A stretch of DNA of 64,000 bases from Comamonas serinivorans (lineage in GTDB: Bacteria; Pseudomonadota; Gammaproteobacteria; Burkholderiales; Burkholderiaceae_C): NCBI RefSeq assembly GCF_002158865.1, contig NZ_CP021455.1, positions 1,096,835 through 1,160,834 of the forward strand, given 5' to 3'. The position numbers and the translations under genes are program-made. Positions 42,366 to 51,770 of this stretch are shown piece after piece. The notes under the pieces were generated by a model that ran no database searches, was not told the DNA's origin, and worked only from the letters and a program-made list of their open reading frames with translations. Numbering within the stretch: the stretch's first letter is position 1; each line of letters opens with the position of its first letter.

Positions 42366-43250
42366 ATGACTGCAGCCAACCCCTCTGCGGATTCGACCGT
42401 GAATTCCAACGCCTACATCCTGACCCTGTCTTGCCCCGACCGCACGGGCATCGTCCATGCCGTTTCGGGCTTTCTGCTGGAGCAGGGCGGCAACATCGAA
42501 GAAGCCGCGCAATTCAACGACCCGGGCACCGGCCTGTTCTTCATGCGCGTGCGTTTTGCCAGTGCCAGCGCGGACTACGAGGCCCTGCGCGCCAAGCTGA
42601 CCGACTTCGCCAAGCCGCTGGACATGAAGCTGCGCCTGTATTCGACCAGCGAGCCCATGCGCACGGTGATCTTCGTCAGCAAGGAAGGCCACTGCCTCAA
42701 CGACCTGCTGTTCCGCTGGAAGTCGGGCCTGCTGCCCATCGACATCCGCGCCATCGTCAGCAACCACCGCGACTTCTACCAGCTGGCCGCGAGCTACAAC
42801 ATCCCGTTCCACCACCTGCCCATGACCCGGGACAACAAGGCCGAGGTCGAGGCCAAGCAGTTCGAGATCATCAAGCAGGAAAGCGCCGACCTGGTGGTGC
42901 TGGCGCGCTACATGCAGATCCTGTCGGATGACCTGTGCCGCAAGCTGGCGGGGCGGGCCATCAACATCCACCACAGCTTCCTGCCCAGCTTCAAGGGCGC
43001 ACGCCCCTACTACCAGGCGCACGAGCGCGGGGTGAAGCTCATCGGCGCCACGGCGCACTACGTGACGGCCGACCTCGACGAGGGGCCCATCATCGAGCAG
43101 GACGTGGCGCGCGTGGACCACTCGCGCACCGTGGAAGACCTGACCGCCATCGGCCGCGACACCGAGAGCCAGGTGCTGGCCCGCGCCGTGAAGTGGCACA
43201 GCGAGCACCGCGTGCTGCTCAATGGCCACAAGACCGTGGTGTTCCGCTGA
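42366..43250 (+). CDS. purU: formyltetrahydrofolate deformylase
   Basis: N-terminal ACT domain + formyltransferase core (ARYMQILS..INIHHSFLPSFKGA). Confidence 0.9.
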   Translation: MTAANPSADSTVNSNAYILTLSCPDRTGIVHAVSGFLLEQGGNIEEAAQFNDPGTGLFFMRVRFASASADYEALRAKLTDFAKPLDMKLRLYSTSEPMRTVIFVSKEGHCLNDLLFRWKSGLLPIDIRAIVSNHRDFYQLAASYNIPFHHLPMTRDNKAEVEAKQFEIIKQESADLVVLARYMQILSDDLCRKLAGRAINIHHSFLPSFKGARPYYQAHERGVKLIGATAHYVTADLDEGPIIEQDVARVDHSRTVEDLTAIGRDTESQVLARAVKWHSEHRVLLNGHKTVVFR

Positions 43251-43388
43251 GCGCCTGAACGGGCGTCGTTCGCGGGTTTTGGGGAGTGCGCCGGCACGCC
43301 GGATGCCGGGTGCTCAACGGGGCCTGCATCGCACGCCGCAGCGCCAGCGGTGCGTGTCGTGTCTGGACGAGGTTGATGGGTGTGTGAC

Positions 43389-43440
43389 GGGGTATTGGGT
43401 CAGCCCCGTTCATATATCAACGGCGAGTAAGCCATACCCC
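43389..43440. repeat. R1 repeat unit
   Basis: GGGGTATTGGGTCAG CCCCGTTcatatatcAACGGcgagtaa GCCATACCCC. Confidence 0.65.
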
Positions 43441-43599
43441 TGATTGATTCGGGTGTGGCATTCACGCCATCCAGCGCCGAGGATGAGGCGCTCAAGAGGA
43501 GCACCACCACTGACGCCTGGCCACCCGCGCATCCCGCATGGCGGCGCGTGCAATCGGCCACGCGGCCACGCCGTCGACCTGCCGCGTTGGGCACGCGAC

Positions 43600-44067
43600 T
43601 CAGCGTGCGCTGGATTCGCCGGCCGCGGGCTGCACCGGCCTGGGGCTTGCGCTGTTGGCCGCCGGCACCACGGCAGGCTGCGCGGGCTTGCGTGCGGGTG
43701 CTGGGGCCGTCGCAGCGCGGGCGGCGGGGCGCGTGCCGCCAACCGGCAACTCGGCATACGGGCGCGACAAGCCGTTGGCCAGGCAGTTGCGCATGGCCTC
43801 GCGGCGCAGCTGCGTCGTGTGCTTGGTCGACTCCCCCTGCACGGCGTTCGAGCTGCGGCGGCAATCGCGCTCGATCGCGGCTTCGGCCTTGGCGCGTCGT
43901 TGCAGGCAGGCCTTGAACTCGCTGGGGCGCTGTTCGGCTGGCAGGGCTTGCAACTCGTGTTGGCACATCTGCATGCGCGTGGGCACGTGCCCGGCGGCGA
44001 CGCCGTCGGCCTGGGCGGCGGACCAGGGCAGCGTCAGGACCAACAGAAGCGGGGTGAGGGGTTTCAT
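43600..44067 (-). CDS. PsiF-like secreted protein
   Basis: Signal peptide MKPLTPLLLVLTLPWSAAQA; RMQMCQHE..EFKACLQRR resembles PsiF repeat. Confidence 0.55.
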   Translation of the reverse strand: MKPLTPLLLVLTLPWSAAQADGVAAGHVPTRMQMCQHELQALPAEQRPSEFKACLQRRAKAEAAIERDCRRSSNAVQGESTKHTTQLRREAMRNCLANGLSRPYAELPVGGTRPAARAATAPAPARKPAQPAVVPAANSASPRPVQPAAGESSAR

Positions 44068-44729
44068 GGTGACCGCATTGTCTCCGAGTCCCTGGCCGGC
44101 CCGCGTGACGATGCTGGCCGGTGTGGCGTGATGGAAACGGTGCAGGCGGCGCCCGCGCGTGGCCTGTAGATCCAGTGCGAATGCGCGTCGCGGGTCGCTG
44201 CGTGCGCCTCATGCCGACACGCGCGGCCACACAGGCTGTGTGGCTTGTCCTGCGGCTTCAGAGCGCTCAGGTGCATGCGCCGACGCTGATCGCCGGCTTC
44301 CACCGCCTGCGGCTTGGCCCATGCCCCTTAGACCGCGTGGCGCCGATGTGGCCAGCCGTGGGCATTCGACTGGGCAGCCGTTGGCGAGCGGTGCTTGGCG
44401 CGCCGGATGCGATCGTGTGGCTGAGCAGGACCAGTTCGGCAAAGGCGAGTGGCTTGGCACGCCGGTTTGGCATGCTGATTTGCAAAACAGTTGTGAGCAC
44501 GCGCCTGGGGCCTGGCCCTGGGGCAAGATCGGGCGTTTGGCGCGCATGGCCGCGGCGCGTGGGCCCGTGCGGTCATCGCAATGGCTTCGCGGCCGGCTGG
44601 TGTGCCAGCGCGGCGTGGTTCGCTGGGACCGGCGAGGCTGGCGCGGGCAGGCTGCCTGCGACGCCTTGCACTACGTGCGACTTGCGCATGCGGCCGCAGG
44701 CGCGGGTGAATGGGACGAAGGATGTGGGC

Positions 44730-45134
44730 ATGCAGGCCTTGATGGGGTTGATGTGGTTGCTGGTGTTTCAGGCGGGGGGCGAGTTGCTGGCCCAGAGCCT
44801 GGGACTGGCCTTGCCGGGGGCGGTGCTGGGCATGGCCCTGCTGGTGGTGGCCTTGCGCTGGCGCGCGGTGCGCGAGCCGGTGGCGGCCTGTGCCGACTTC
44901 CTGCTCACGCACCTGTCGCTGCTGTTCGTACCGGCCGGCGTGGGGGTCCTGGCCCACATGGGGCTGGTGACGCAGCATGGCCTGGTGCTGCTGGTCATCC
45001 TGCTGGTGTCCACCGCCATCGGGCTGGTGGTGACTGCCGTGCTGCTGAACTGGCTCACGCGCCATGAAGCCGCTCCATCGGCCGTCCCGCCTGGCGCGGC
45101 GTCGCTCCCTTCGTCGACGGAGCAGGGCGGATGA
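44730..45134 (+). CDS. CidA/LrgA-family holin-like membrane protein
   Basis: ~134 aa, 4 TM; start at ATG 44730 within longer ORF. Confidence 0.7.
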   Translation: MQALMGLMWLLVFQAGGELLAQSLGLALPGAVLGMALLVVALRWRAVREPVAACADFLLTHLSLLFVPAGVGVLAHMGLVTQHGLVLLVILLVSTAIGLVVTAVLLNWLTRHEAAPSAVPPGAASLPSSTEQGG

Positions 45135-45880
45135 CGGCGCTCTCTGCCTGGGCCGGCCAGGCCGCAGCGCTGTGGCACAGCTGGGCGGCCACGCCGCTGT
45201 TCGGGCTCACGCTCACGCTCATGGTGTACCTGGCGGTGCAAACCGTGTACCGGCGCCTGGGCAACCTGACCTGGGCCAACCCCGTGTTCTGGTCGGTGCT
45301 GGTGGTGGCCGTGGTGCTCAGCGTCACCGGCGTGCCCTATGCGCGCTATTTCGCCAGCGCGCAGTTCATCCACCTGTTGCTGGGCCCGGCCGTGGTGGCC
45401 ATGGCCTGGCCGCTGTGGCAGCGCCGCGCGGCCTTGCGCCAGCGCGGCGTCAAGCTGTTGGCCGTGGCGATGGTGGGCGGCGCATGCGCCGCCGGCTCGG
45501 CCGTGCTCATGGCCTGGTGGTGGGGGCTGCCGCGCGAGGTGATCCTCTCGCTGGCGCCCAAGTCGGTCACCACGCCGGTGGCCATGGGCGTGGCCGACGC
45601 GATCGGTGGCATCCCGGCCCTGTCGGCGGTGTTCGCGGTGCTGACCGGCATGATCGGCGCCATTGGCGGCAAGACCGTGTTTGCCCTGCTGCGCCTGCCG
45701 GCCACCAGCCGCGGCGACATGGTGCGCGGCTTTGCCATGGGCACGGCGGCGCATGGCATCGGCTCGGCGCGCGCGCTGCAGGTCAACGCCGAGGCGGGCG
45801 CCTACGCCGGCCTGGCCATGGGGCTGCAATCGCTGCTGGCGGCCCTGCTGATTCCGCTGCTGGTGCAACTGTGGCCGTGA
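45131..45880 (+). CDS. LrgB/CidB-family membrane protein
   Basis: Overlapping start (ATGA) with upstream cidA-like gene; multi-TM. Confidence 0.8.
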   Translation: MTALSAWAGQAAALWHSWAATPLFGLTLTLMVYLAVQTVYRRLGNLTWANPVFWSVLVVAVVLSVTGVPYARYFASAQFIHLLLGPAVVAMAWPLWQRRAALRQRGVKLLAVAMVGGACAAGSAVLMAWWWGLPREVILSLAPKSVTTPVAMGVADAIGGIPALSAVFAVLTGMIGAIGGKTVFALLRLPATSRGDMVRGFAMGTAAHGIGSARALQVNAEAGAYAGLAMGLQSLLAALLIPLLVQLWP

Positions 45881-46023
45881 AGGCGGGTGGTCGGGCGGCC
45901 AGGCGAGCGCGTTCACCGTGGCCGACGTGGCGCGCGGCCATGGCGTCTGCCCCACGCCACTGAACACCACGCCCGCAACCGGGGTGGTGCTTTGATGGCC
46001 CAGGGCGGCGCTGCGCGCAGCAT

Positions 46024-46102
46024 GCGCTCTGCCGCGGTTCGCGTGGGATGCCGCGCCGCCACGAATGCAATTGAGAATGCATGGCATGTGCATGCAGAGC
46101 GC
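46024..46102. promoter_or_regulatory. inverted repeat GCGCTCTGC ... GCAGAGCGC flanking GAATGCA direct repeats upstream of bfr
   Basis: 9-bp arms 61 nt apart, ~90 nt upstream of bfr ATG. Confidence 0.2.
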
Positions 46103-46192
46103 CAATCAGGGGACATTGCGCCGCCGCTTTGTGGACGGCCCTGGGGGCGGGGATACTCTGGGCATTCGGATGAACCCTGAGGAGAATCGACC

Positions 46193-46669
46193 ATGCAAGG
46201 CGACGCCCAAGTTGTGGACTGCCTGATCGCGCTGCTGCGCGGCGAGCTTGCCGCACGCGACCAGTATTTCGTGCATTCGCGCACCTACGAGGACCAGGGC
46301 TTCACCAAGCTCTACGAGCGCCTCAACCACGAAATGGAAGAGGAAACGCAGCACGCCGACGCCATCCTGCGCCGCATCCTCATGCTGGGGGCGCGACCCG
46401 ACATGCGGCCCACCGCCTTCGAGCCGGGCCTGACGGTGCCCGACATGCTGCGCAAGGACCTGGCCACCGAGTACGAGGTGCGCGCCAACCTGCAGGCCGG
46501 CATTGCGCTGTGCGAGGCGCAGCGTGACTTCGTCACGCGCGACATCCTGCTCGCGCAGCTCCGCGACACCGAGGAAGACCACGCTTACTGGCTCGAAAAG
46601 CAGCTCGGCCTGATCGACAAGGTGGGCCTGCAGAACTACCTGCAGTCGCAGACCAGCGCTGGCGTGTGA
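46193..46669 (+). CDS. bfr: bacterioferritin
   Basis: [51 protein letters not shown]. Confidence 0.9.
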   Translation: MQGDAQVVDCLIALLRGELAARDQYFVHSRTYEDQGFTKLYERLNHEMEEETQHADAILRRILMLGARPDMRPTAFEPGLTVPDMLRKDLATEYEVRANLQAGIALCEAQRDFVTRDILLAQLRDTEEDHAYWLEKQLGLIDKVGLQNYLQSQTSAGV

Positions 46670-46984
46670 CAGCGCGGCGGGCCTTGGCTGGCTCGGCCAG
46701 CGGGTGACTGGTTGGCGGCGGGGCTTTGTCCCTGACCGCGGGCACTCGACCTTGGCGCGCCGCCGTTCCCTCCACCCGTTCGCTTGTTCAGCGGTGCGCC
46801 ACAGCTGCCGGCGAACACGGTGTTGCCACCTCCGTCAAGGGCAGACTCACCGCCAACACCTCACAGCCCACACCAACCATCTGACCTGTGCAGCCCTTGG
46901 CCATCCGCCACCCGGTGGTTGACGAGCTGTCAGCGTTTGCAACCAGCCATGACACATGTGGGTGCAGTGTATGGCTTTAGGTGT

Positions 46985-47041
46985 GACCAGTATGGGTTGA
47001 TTGTCGTTGTTCAAAAAACGGAAATGGCCGCATACTGGGTC
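46985..47041. repeat. R1 repeat unit with partial 5' tandem duplication just upstream
   Basis: GACCAGTATGGGTTGA TTGTCGTTgttcaaaaAACGgAAATGG CCGCATACTGGGTC; preceded by GCAGTGTATGGCTTTAGG. Confidence 0.7.
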
Positions 47042-47158
47042 AGCTGTTGAATGACCTGCGGCATGCCAGACGACCAACCGGTCCATCGCAGCCCGCGCGT
47101 GGGGCCACCCCAGGTGGTCATAATGGCCCCCGTCTCAACTGACCTGGATGCCCTTCGA

Positions 47159-47626
47159 ATGACCAAGTTCCATGTGCCCTTGCTCGCCGCCCTGATGGCC
47201 ACCGCGTTGACCGCCTGTGCGGGCAACCCCGGTGACAAGTCCGCCGCTGCCGCGCAGCCGCAGCCGGCCGCAGCGCCCGCCGCGCCGGGCAAGGCCGTGA
47301 CCACCGCGAGCGGCCTGACCTACCAGAGCCTGAAGGACGGCACGGGCGCATCGCCCAAGGCCACCAACACCGTGCGCGTGCACTACCACGGCACCCTGGC
47401 GGACGGCAAGGTCTTCGACAGCTCGGTGCAGCGCGGCCAGCCGGCCGAATTCCGCCTGAACCAGGTCATCCCCTGCTGGACCGAAGGCGTGCAGATGATG
47501 AAGGTCGGCGGCAAGGCCAAGCTGACCTGCCCGCCGCAGATCGCCTACGGTGCCCGCGGCGCCGGCGGCGTGATCCCGCCCAACGCCACGCTGACCTTCG
47601 AGGTCGAGTTGCTCGACGTCAAGTGA
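47159..47626 (+). CDS. FKBP-type peptidyl-prolyl cis-trans isomerase, lipoprotein
   Basis: Lipobox LTACAGN; FKBP core VHYHGTLADGKVFDSS..FRLNQVIPCWTEG. Confidence 0.8.
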   Translation: MTKFHVPLLAALMATALTACAGNPGDKSAAAAQPQPAAAPAAPGKAVTTASGLTYQSLKDGTGASPKATNTVRVHYHGTLADGKVFDSSVQRGQPAEFRLNQVIPCWTEGVQMMKVGGKAKLTCPPQIAYGARGAGGVIPPNATLTFEVELLDVK

Positions 47627-47657
47627 CGCCTGGCCTGCAAGCGGCAGGCCATGACAC

Positions 47658-47683
47658 AGCCGACCTCAGGGTCGGCTTTTTTG
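47658..47683 (+). terminator. Rho-independent terminator
   Basis: AGCCGACC-tcag-GGTCGGCT followed by TTTTTTG, 32 nt after FKBP stop. Confidence 0.65.
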
Positions 47684-47909
47684 TGGGCGAGCCGGGCGGT
47701 GACGCTGGCTTCGGGTGTGATGCGGTGAGCGCCCTGTGTCACCTCGCCCACGGCTTGCCATGGCGGTGCAGCGGGACTGACCCATCGGCGTCGGGGCTGC
47801 GGCCGTGAAGCGATGGCGGTTGCTGCACCACCGCCTGTGCGCCAGGGGGCGGCTGAGTGGCGGCCCGATGGCCCGGCGCGGGCGGGAACGGGGTTATCCT
47901 CCGCGTCCC

Positions 47910-49190
47910 ATGTCATTTCACTCTCTGGGCTTGAGCCCCGCGCTGGCGCGCGCCGCCGCCGACCTGGCCTTTGACCAGCCCACGCCGATTCAGGCCGAGG
48001 CGGTGCCCGTCATCCTGCGCGGGGCCGACCTGCTGGCGCGCGCGCAGACGGGCTCGGGCAAGACGGCGGCGTTTGCGCTGCCGCTGCTGCAGGCCTTCGA
48101 GATCTCGCCAGACCAGGGCCCGCGCCGCGTGCAGGCGCTGGTGCTGGCACCCACGCGCGAGCTGGCGGCCCAGATCGGCGAGACGCTGCGCAGCCTGGCG
48201 CGGCACCTGGCGCGGGCGCCGCGCATCGCGGTGGTGTTCGGCGGGGCGTCCATCAACCCCCAGATGATGCGGCTGCGCGGTGGCGCCGACATCGTGGTGG
48301 CCACGCCGGGGCGGCTGCTCGACCTGGTGGACCACAACGCGCTGCGTCTCGCCGAGGTGCGCACGCTGGTGCTCGACGAAGCCGACCGTTTGCTCGACCT
48401 GGGCTTTGCCGACGAGCTGGGCCGTGTGCTGGCGCTGTTGCCGGCGCGGCGGCAGAACCTGCTGTTCTCGGCCACGTATGGCGGCGCGGTGCAGGCGCTG
48501 GCCGAGCGCCTGTTGCACGAGCCGGTGCAGGTCACGATCGCAGCGCCTGCAGTGGCTGACGCGCTGGTGCAGCAACGCGCCATCGCCGTCGATGCGGCCC
48601 AGCGCGCACCGCTGTTGCGCCACCTGCTGCGCCATGCGGGCTGGAGCCGGGTGCTGGTGTTCGTGGCCACGCAACATGCGACGGAGCACCTGGCTGCCAA
48701 GCTGCGCAGCCACGGCATCGCCGCCGCGCCGCTGCACGGGCAATTGAGCCAAGGCGCACGCACGCAGGCGCTGGAGGCCTTCAAGGCCGCGCAGGTGCAG
48801 GTGCTGGTGGCCACCGACCTGGCCGCGCGCGGCATCGACATCGCCCAGCTGCCCGTGGTACTGAACTACGACCTGCCGCGCTCCACCGTCGACTACACGC
48901 ACCGCATCGGCCGCACCGCGCGGGCCGGGCAGGCCGGGCTGGCGGTGAGTTTCGTCAGCGCCGAGACCGAGGCCCATTTCGCGCTGATCGAAAAGCGCCA
49001 GGGCCTGAGCCTGACGCGCGAGCAGATTGCCGGCTTTGAACCCACGCAGACCGACGCGCTACCGCTGGCATTGGTCGATGGCACGGGCGGCATCAAGGGC
49101 AAGCGGCCGAGCAAGAAGGACAAGCTGCGGGCCGCCGCCGCCGCCGCAGCAGCAGCAGCCGCCGCCGACAGCCCGCACCAGGCGGACTGA
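47910..49190 (+). CDS. DEAD-box ATP-dependent RNA helicase (RhlE-like)
   Basis: Q-motif, AQTGSGKT, DEAD, SAT, HRIGRTARAG; poly-Ala basic C-tail. Confidence 0.9.
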   Translation: MSFHSLGLSPALARAAADLAFDQPTPIQAEAVPVILRGADLLARAQTGSGKTAAFALPLLQAFEISPDQGPRRVQALVLAPTRELAAQIGETLRSLARHLARAPRIAVVFGGASINPQMMRLRGGADIVVATPGRLLDLVDHNALRLAEVRTLVLDEADRLLDLGFADELGRVLALLPARRQNLLFSATYGGAVQALAERLLHEPVQVTIAAPAVADALVQQRAIAVDAAQRAPLLRHLLRHAGWSRVLVFVATQHATEHLAAKLRSHGIAAAPLHGQLSQGARTQALEAFKAAQVQVLVATDLAARGIDIAQLPVVLNYDLPRSTVDYTHRIGRTARAGQAGLAVSFVSAETEAHFALIEKRQGLSLTREQIAGFEPTQTDALPLALVDGTGGIKGKRPSKKDKLRAAAAAAAAAAAADSPHQAD

Positions 49191-49251
49191 CGCGTAGCGA
49201 GCGTCAGGCCTGCGCGGGCCGGATGTCTGTGTCCAGGCTGGCGCATTGCAT

Positions 49252-49305
49252 GCCAGTATGGGGAAGATGCCGTTGTTAAAAAAACGGGAGGGGCTAGATA
49301 CTGCC
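49252..49305. repeat. R1 repeat unit
   Basis: GCCAGTATGGGGAAGA TGCCGTTgttaaaaaaACGGgagg GGCTAGATACTGCC. Confidence 0.65.
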
Positions 49306-49372
49306 TGCTCGCTGCGCCTGCGTGGCATCACGCCGTGCAGCGGTCCGGCGCTTGGCTTGCGATGGCGCCTCG

Positions 49373-50305
49373 TCAGTCGTCCACGTCATCGTCGGGTGCA
49401 ACGCCTTGCGCCGCGGCCTGCGGGTAGATGGCCTGCACGCACGCCAGCCAAGCACGGGCGGCGCGCGAGAGGCGACCGCGCCGCCACAACAGGACCACGT
49501 CCCAGGCCAGCTCGGGCTCGATGAGCGGGCGGCTGGCCACGCGGGCGGGGTCGAAGCGCGCGATGACGTGCTCGAACATGACGCCCACGCCCAGGTTGGC
49601 GGCCACGAGGTCGCCGAGGAAATCCCAGTAACGCGTCTGCAGCTTCACCTCGGGCGTGAAGCCGGCTGCGGCGCAGGCGTCGAGCACGGCCTGGTGCAGG
49701 TGAAAGTCGGACGTGTAGAGGACGAAGGGCTGATCGGCCAGCTCGCGCCAGCGCACGGGCTGGTGGGGGTCGGCAACGGCCGCGGCCGGGAAGACCGCGC
49801 GCGTGACCTGGTGGGCGAGCACCCACTGCTGCAGCTCGGGATCGCGTTCGCCCCCGGGCTCGTCCCCCAGGCCCACCGTCATGTCGACCTCGCCGTCGAT
49901 CACCGCCTGACGCAGGCCGCGCGCGCCCAGCTCGGCCACCTGCAGCGTGACGCCCGGATGCAGCCGGGCAAAGCGCGCCAGCACCGGGGCCATGTAGTGG
50001 CCGCTGGTGGGCATGACGCCGACGGTGAGGGTGCCGCGTGCCATGCCGTCGACCTCGGCCACCTCCTGCTGCAGGCGCTGTGCATCGGCCAGCAGCTGCT
50101 GGCCGCGCGCGAACACGACCTGGCCGGCGTCGGTCAGCCGCACGCCACGGCCCTGGCGCACCAGCAGCGGGCCGCCCAGCTCGTCTTCGAGTGCGCGCAC
50201 CATCTTGCTGATGGTGGGCTGGGTGACGAACACGGCCTGGGCAGCGCGCGAGAAGCTGTTGTGGTTGACGACTTCGACGAAGTAGCGGAGCGCGCGCAAG
50301 TCCAT
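49373..50305 (-). CDS. LysR-family transcriptional regulator (CidR-like, divergent from cidA/lrgB pair)
   Basis: HTH FSRAAQAVFVTQPTISKMVRALE. Confidence 0.85.
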   Translation of the reverse strand: MDLRALRYFVEVVNHNSFSRAAQAVFVTQPTISKMVRALEDELGGPLLVRQGRGVRLTDAGQVVFARGQQLLADAQRLQQEVAEVDGMARGTLTVGVMPTSGHYMAPVLARFARLHPGVTLQVAELGARGLRQAVIDGEVDMTVGLGDEPGGERDPELQQWVLAHQVTRAVFPAAAVADPHQPVRWRELADQPFVLYTSDFHLHQAVLDACAAAGFTPEVKLQTRYWDFLGDLVAANLGVGVMFEHVIARFDPARVASRPLIEPELAWDVVLLWRRGRLSRAARAWLACVQAIYPQAAAQGVAPDDDVDD

Positions 50306-50322
50306 GGTGGATCAATCATTCG

Positions 50323-50379
50323 TAGGGTGAATTGATTTCATGAAAATAAGTCATTTTGAGAATATCAGCGTAAACCCTA
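50323..50379. promoter_or_regulatory. divergent promoter/operator region: TAGGGT...ACCCTA inverted repeat enclosing LysR-type T-N11-A palindrome ATTTCATGAAAAT
   Basis: AT-rich 85-bp intergenic region between the LysR gene and the cidA-like gene. Confidence 0.35.
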
Positions 50380-50389
50380 GGATGGGGCC

Positions 50390-50899
50390 ATGTCTCAGCC
50401 CCTGCAGAACGCGGACTTGTCGCACACCCACGCCGCACGCGCCGCCAAGGCCGCCCGGGCGCTGACCGGCGTGGTGGCGCAGGTGGCGGTGCTCAGCGCC
50501 ATCTGGGTGGCCATGGAGCAGCTGCGGCTGCTCCTGGGCTGGCGCATGCCGGCGGGCTTGCTGGGCCTGGCGCTGCTGGCCCTGGGCCTGTTCGCAGGCT
50601 GGGTGAAGGCCGATTGGCTGCGGCGGGGCACCAACTGGCTGTTGGCCGACATGCTGCTGTTCTTCGTGCCCGCCATGCTGGTGGTCACCGACTACCCCGA
50701 TCTGGTGCGCGCGCAGGGCTGGCGCATCCTGGCGGTGATCGTGCTGTCCACGGCGTGCGTGCTGGCCGTCACCGCGGTGGCGGTGGACCGGGTGTACCGC
50801 CTGGAGCTGGCGTGGGCGCGCCGCCGGTCCACCCGGCGTGCGCGGCTGAAGGTGCATGGGTATCAGGCTGCATCGATCGATCAACAAACGCAAAGCTGA
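50390..50899 (+). CDS. CidA/LrgA-family membrane protein (second copy)
   Basis: 4 TM; divergent from LysR regulator. Confidence 0.7.
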   Translation: MSQPLQNADLSHTHAARAAKAARALTGVVAQVAVLSAIWVAMEQLRLLLGWRMPAGLLGLALLALGLFAGWVKADWLRRGTNWLLADMLLFFVPAMLVVTDYPDLVRAQGWRILAVIVLSTACVLAVTAVAVDRVYRLELAWARRRSTRRARLKVHGYQAASIDQQTQS

Positions 50900-50939
50900 A
50901 GTACTGCGCCATGATGAAACCAAACACCGAGGGCGTGCC

Positions 50940-51644
50940 ATGCTGACCGCCGTGTCCCCGGAAGCGGTCGCCCTGGGCTCGCTGCTGGTCACGGTGGCTT
51001 GCTATGTGCTGAACAAACGCCTCTACCGCGCCTGCCCGCATGTGCTGCTGATGCCGTTGATCGCCACGCCCGCGCTGCTCATCGCGCTGGCCTGTGCGTT
51101 GCAGGTGAGCCATGGGCAGTACATGACCCACACGCACTGGCTGGTCTGGCTGCTGGGCCCCACCACGGTGGCGTTTGCCCTGCCGCTGTACGACCACCGG
51201 CAGGTGCTGGCGCGGCACGGGCTGTCCATCGGCACCGGGGTGGTGGTGGCCAGCGCCGTGTCGATCTGCACCACGGTGTGGCTGGCGCGTTGGCTGGGGC
51301 TGCCGGTGGCGGTGCAAAAAGGCCTGGCTGTGCGCTCGGTCACGACGCCGTTCGCCATCGAGGCCGAGCGCGCACTGGGCGGCCCGACCGACCTGGCCGC
51401 GCTGTTCGTGCTGTTGACGGGGGTGGCCGGCATGTTGCTGGGCGGGTTGGCCCTGCGCGGGCTGCCCCGCGTGCGCGAGCGCCTGGCCGGCGGCGCGGTG
51501 TTGGGCGCGGCGGCCCACGGCACGGGCGTGGCCACGGCGCGCCAGCTGGGCGAGGTGCAGGCGGTGGTCGCGTCGCTGGTGATGATGATCGCCGGGGCGG
51601 TGAACGTGCTGATCGCGCCGTGGGTGCGCCTGGTGTTCTTCTGA
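50940..51644 (+). CDS. LrgB/CidB-family membrane protein (second copy)
   Basis: Multi-TM; start at ATG 50940. Confidence 0.75.
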   Translation: MLTAVSPEAVALGSLLVTVACYVLNKRLYRACPHVLLMPLIATPALLIALACALQVSHGQYMTHTHWLVWLLGPTTVAFALPLYDHRQVLARHGLSIGTGVVVASAVSICTTVWLARWLGLPVAVQKGLAVRSVTTPFAIEAERALGGPTDLAALFVLLTGVAGMLLGGLALRGLPRVRERLAGGAVLGAAAHGTGVATARQLGEVQAVVASLVMMIAGAVNVLIAPWVRLVFF

Positions 51645-51770
51645 CCCGTGTCGGCGTCGGCGCGATGCCGGCAGAGGTGACCGGCAGCTGGCTTTGGCAG
51701 CTTCGCGCTCGACACGGCGGCATGCGCCCCCCCAAAATGTTGTCGTTTGTAACGAAGCGAGGAGGCCGAC

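Noticed and set aside
46063-46082. Fur box call for GAATGCAATTGAGAATGCAT
   Set aside because: Only loose similarity to the GATAATGATAATCATTATC consensus; reported only as a low-interest finding
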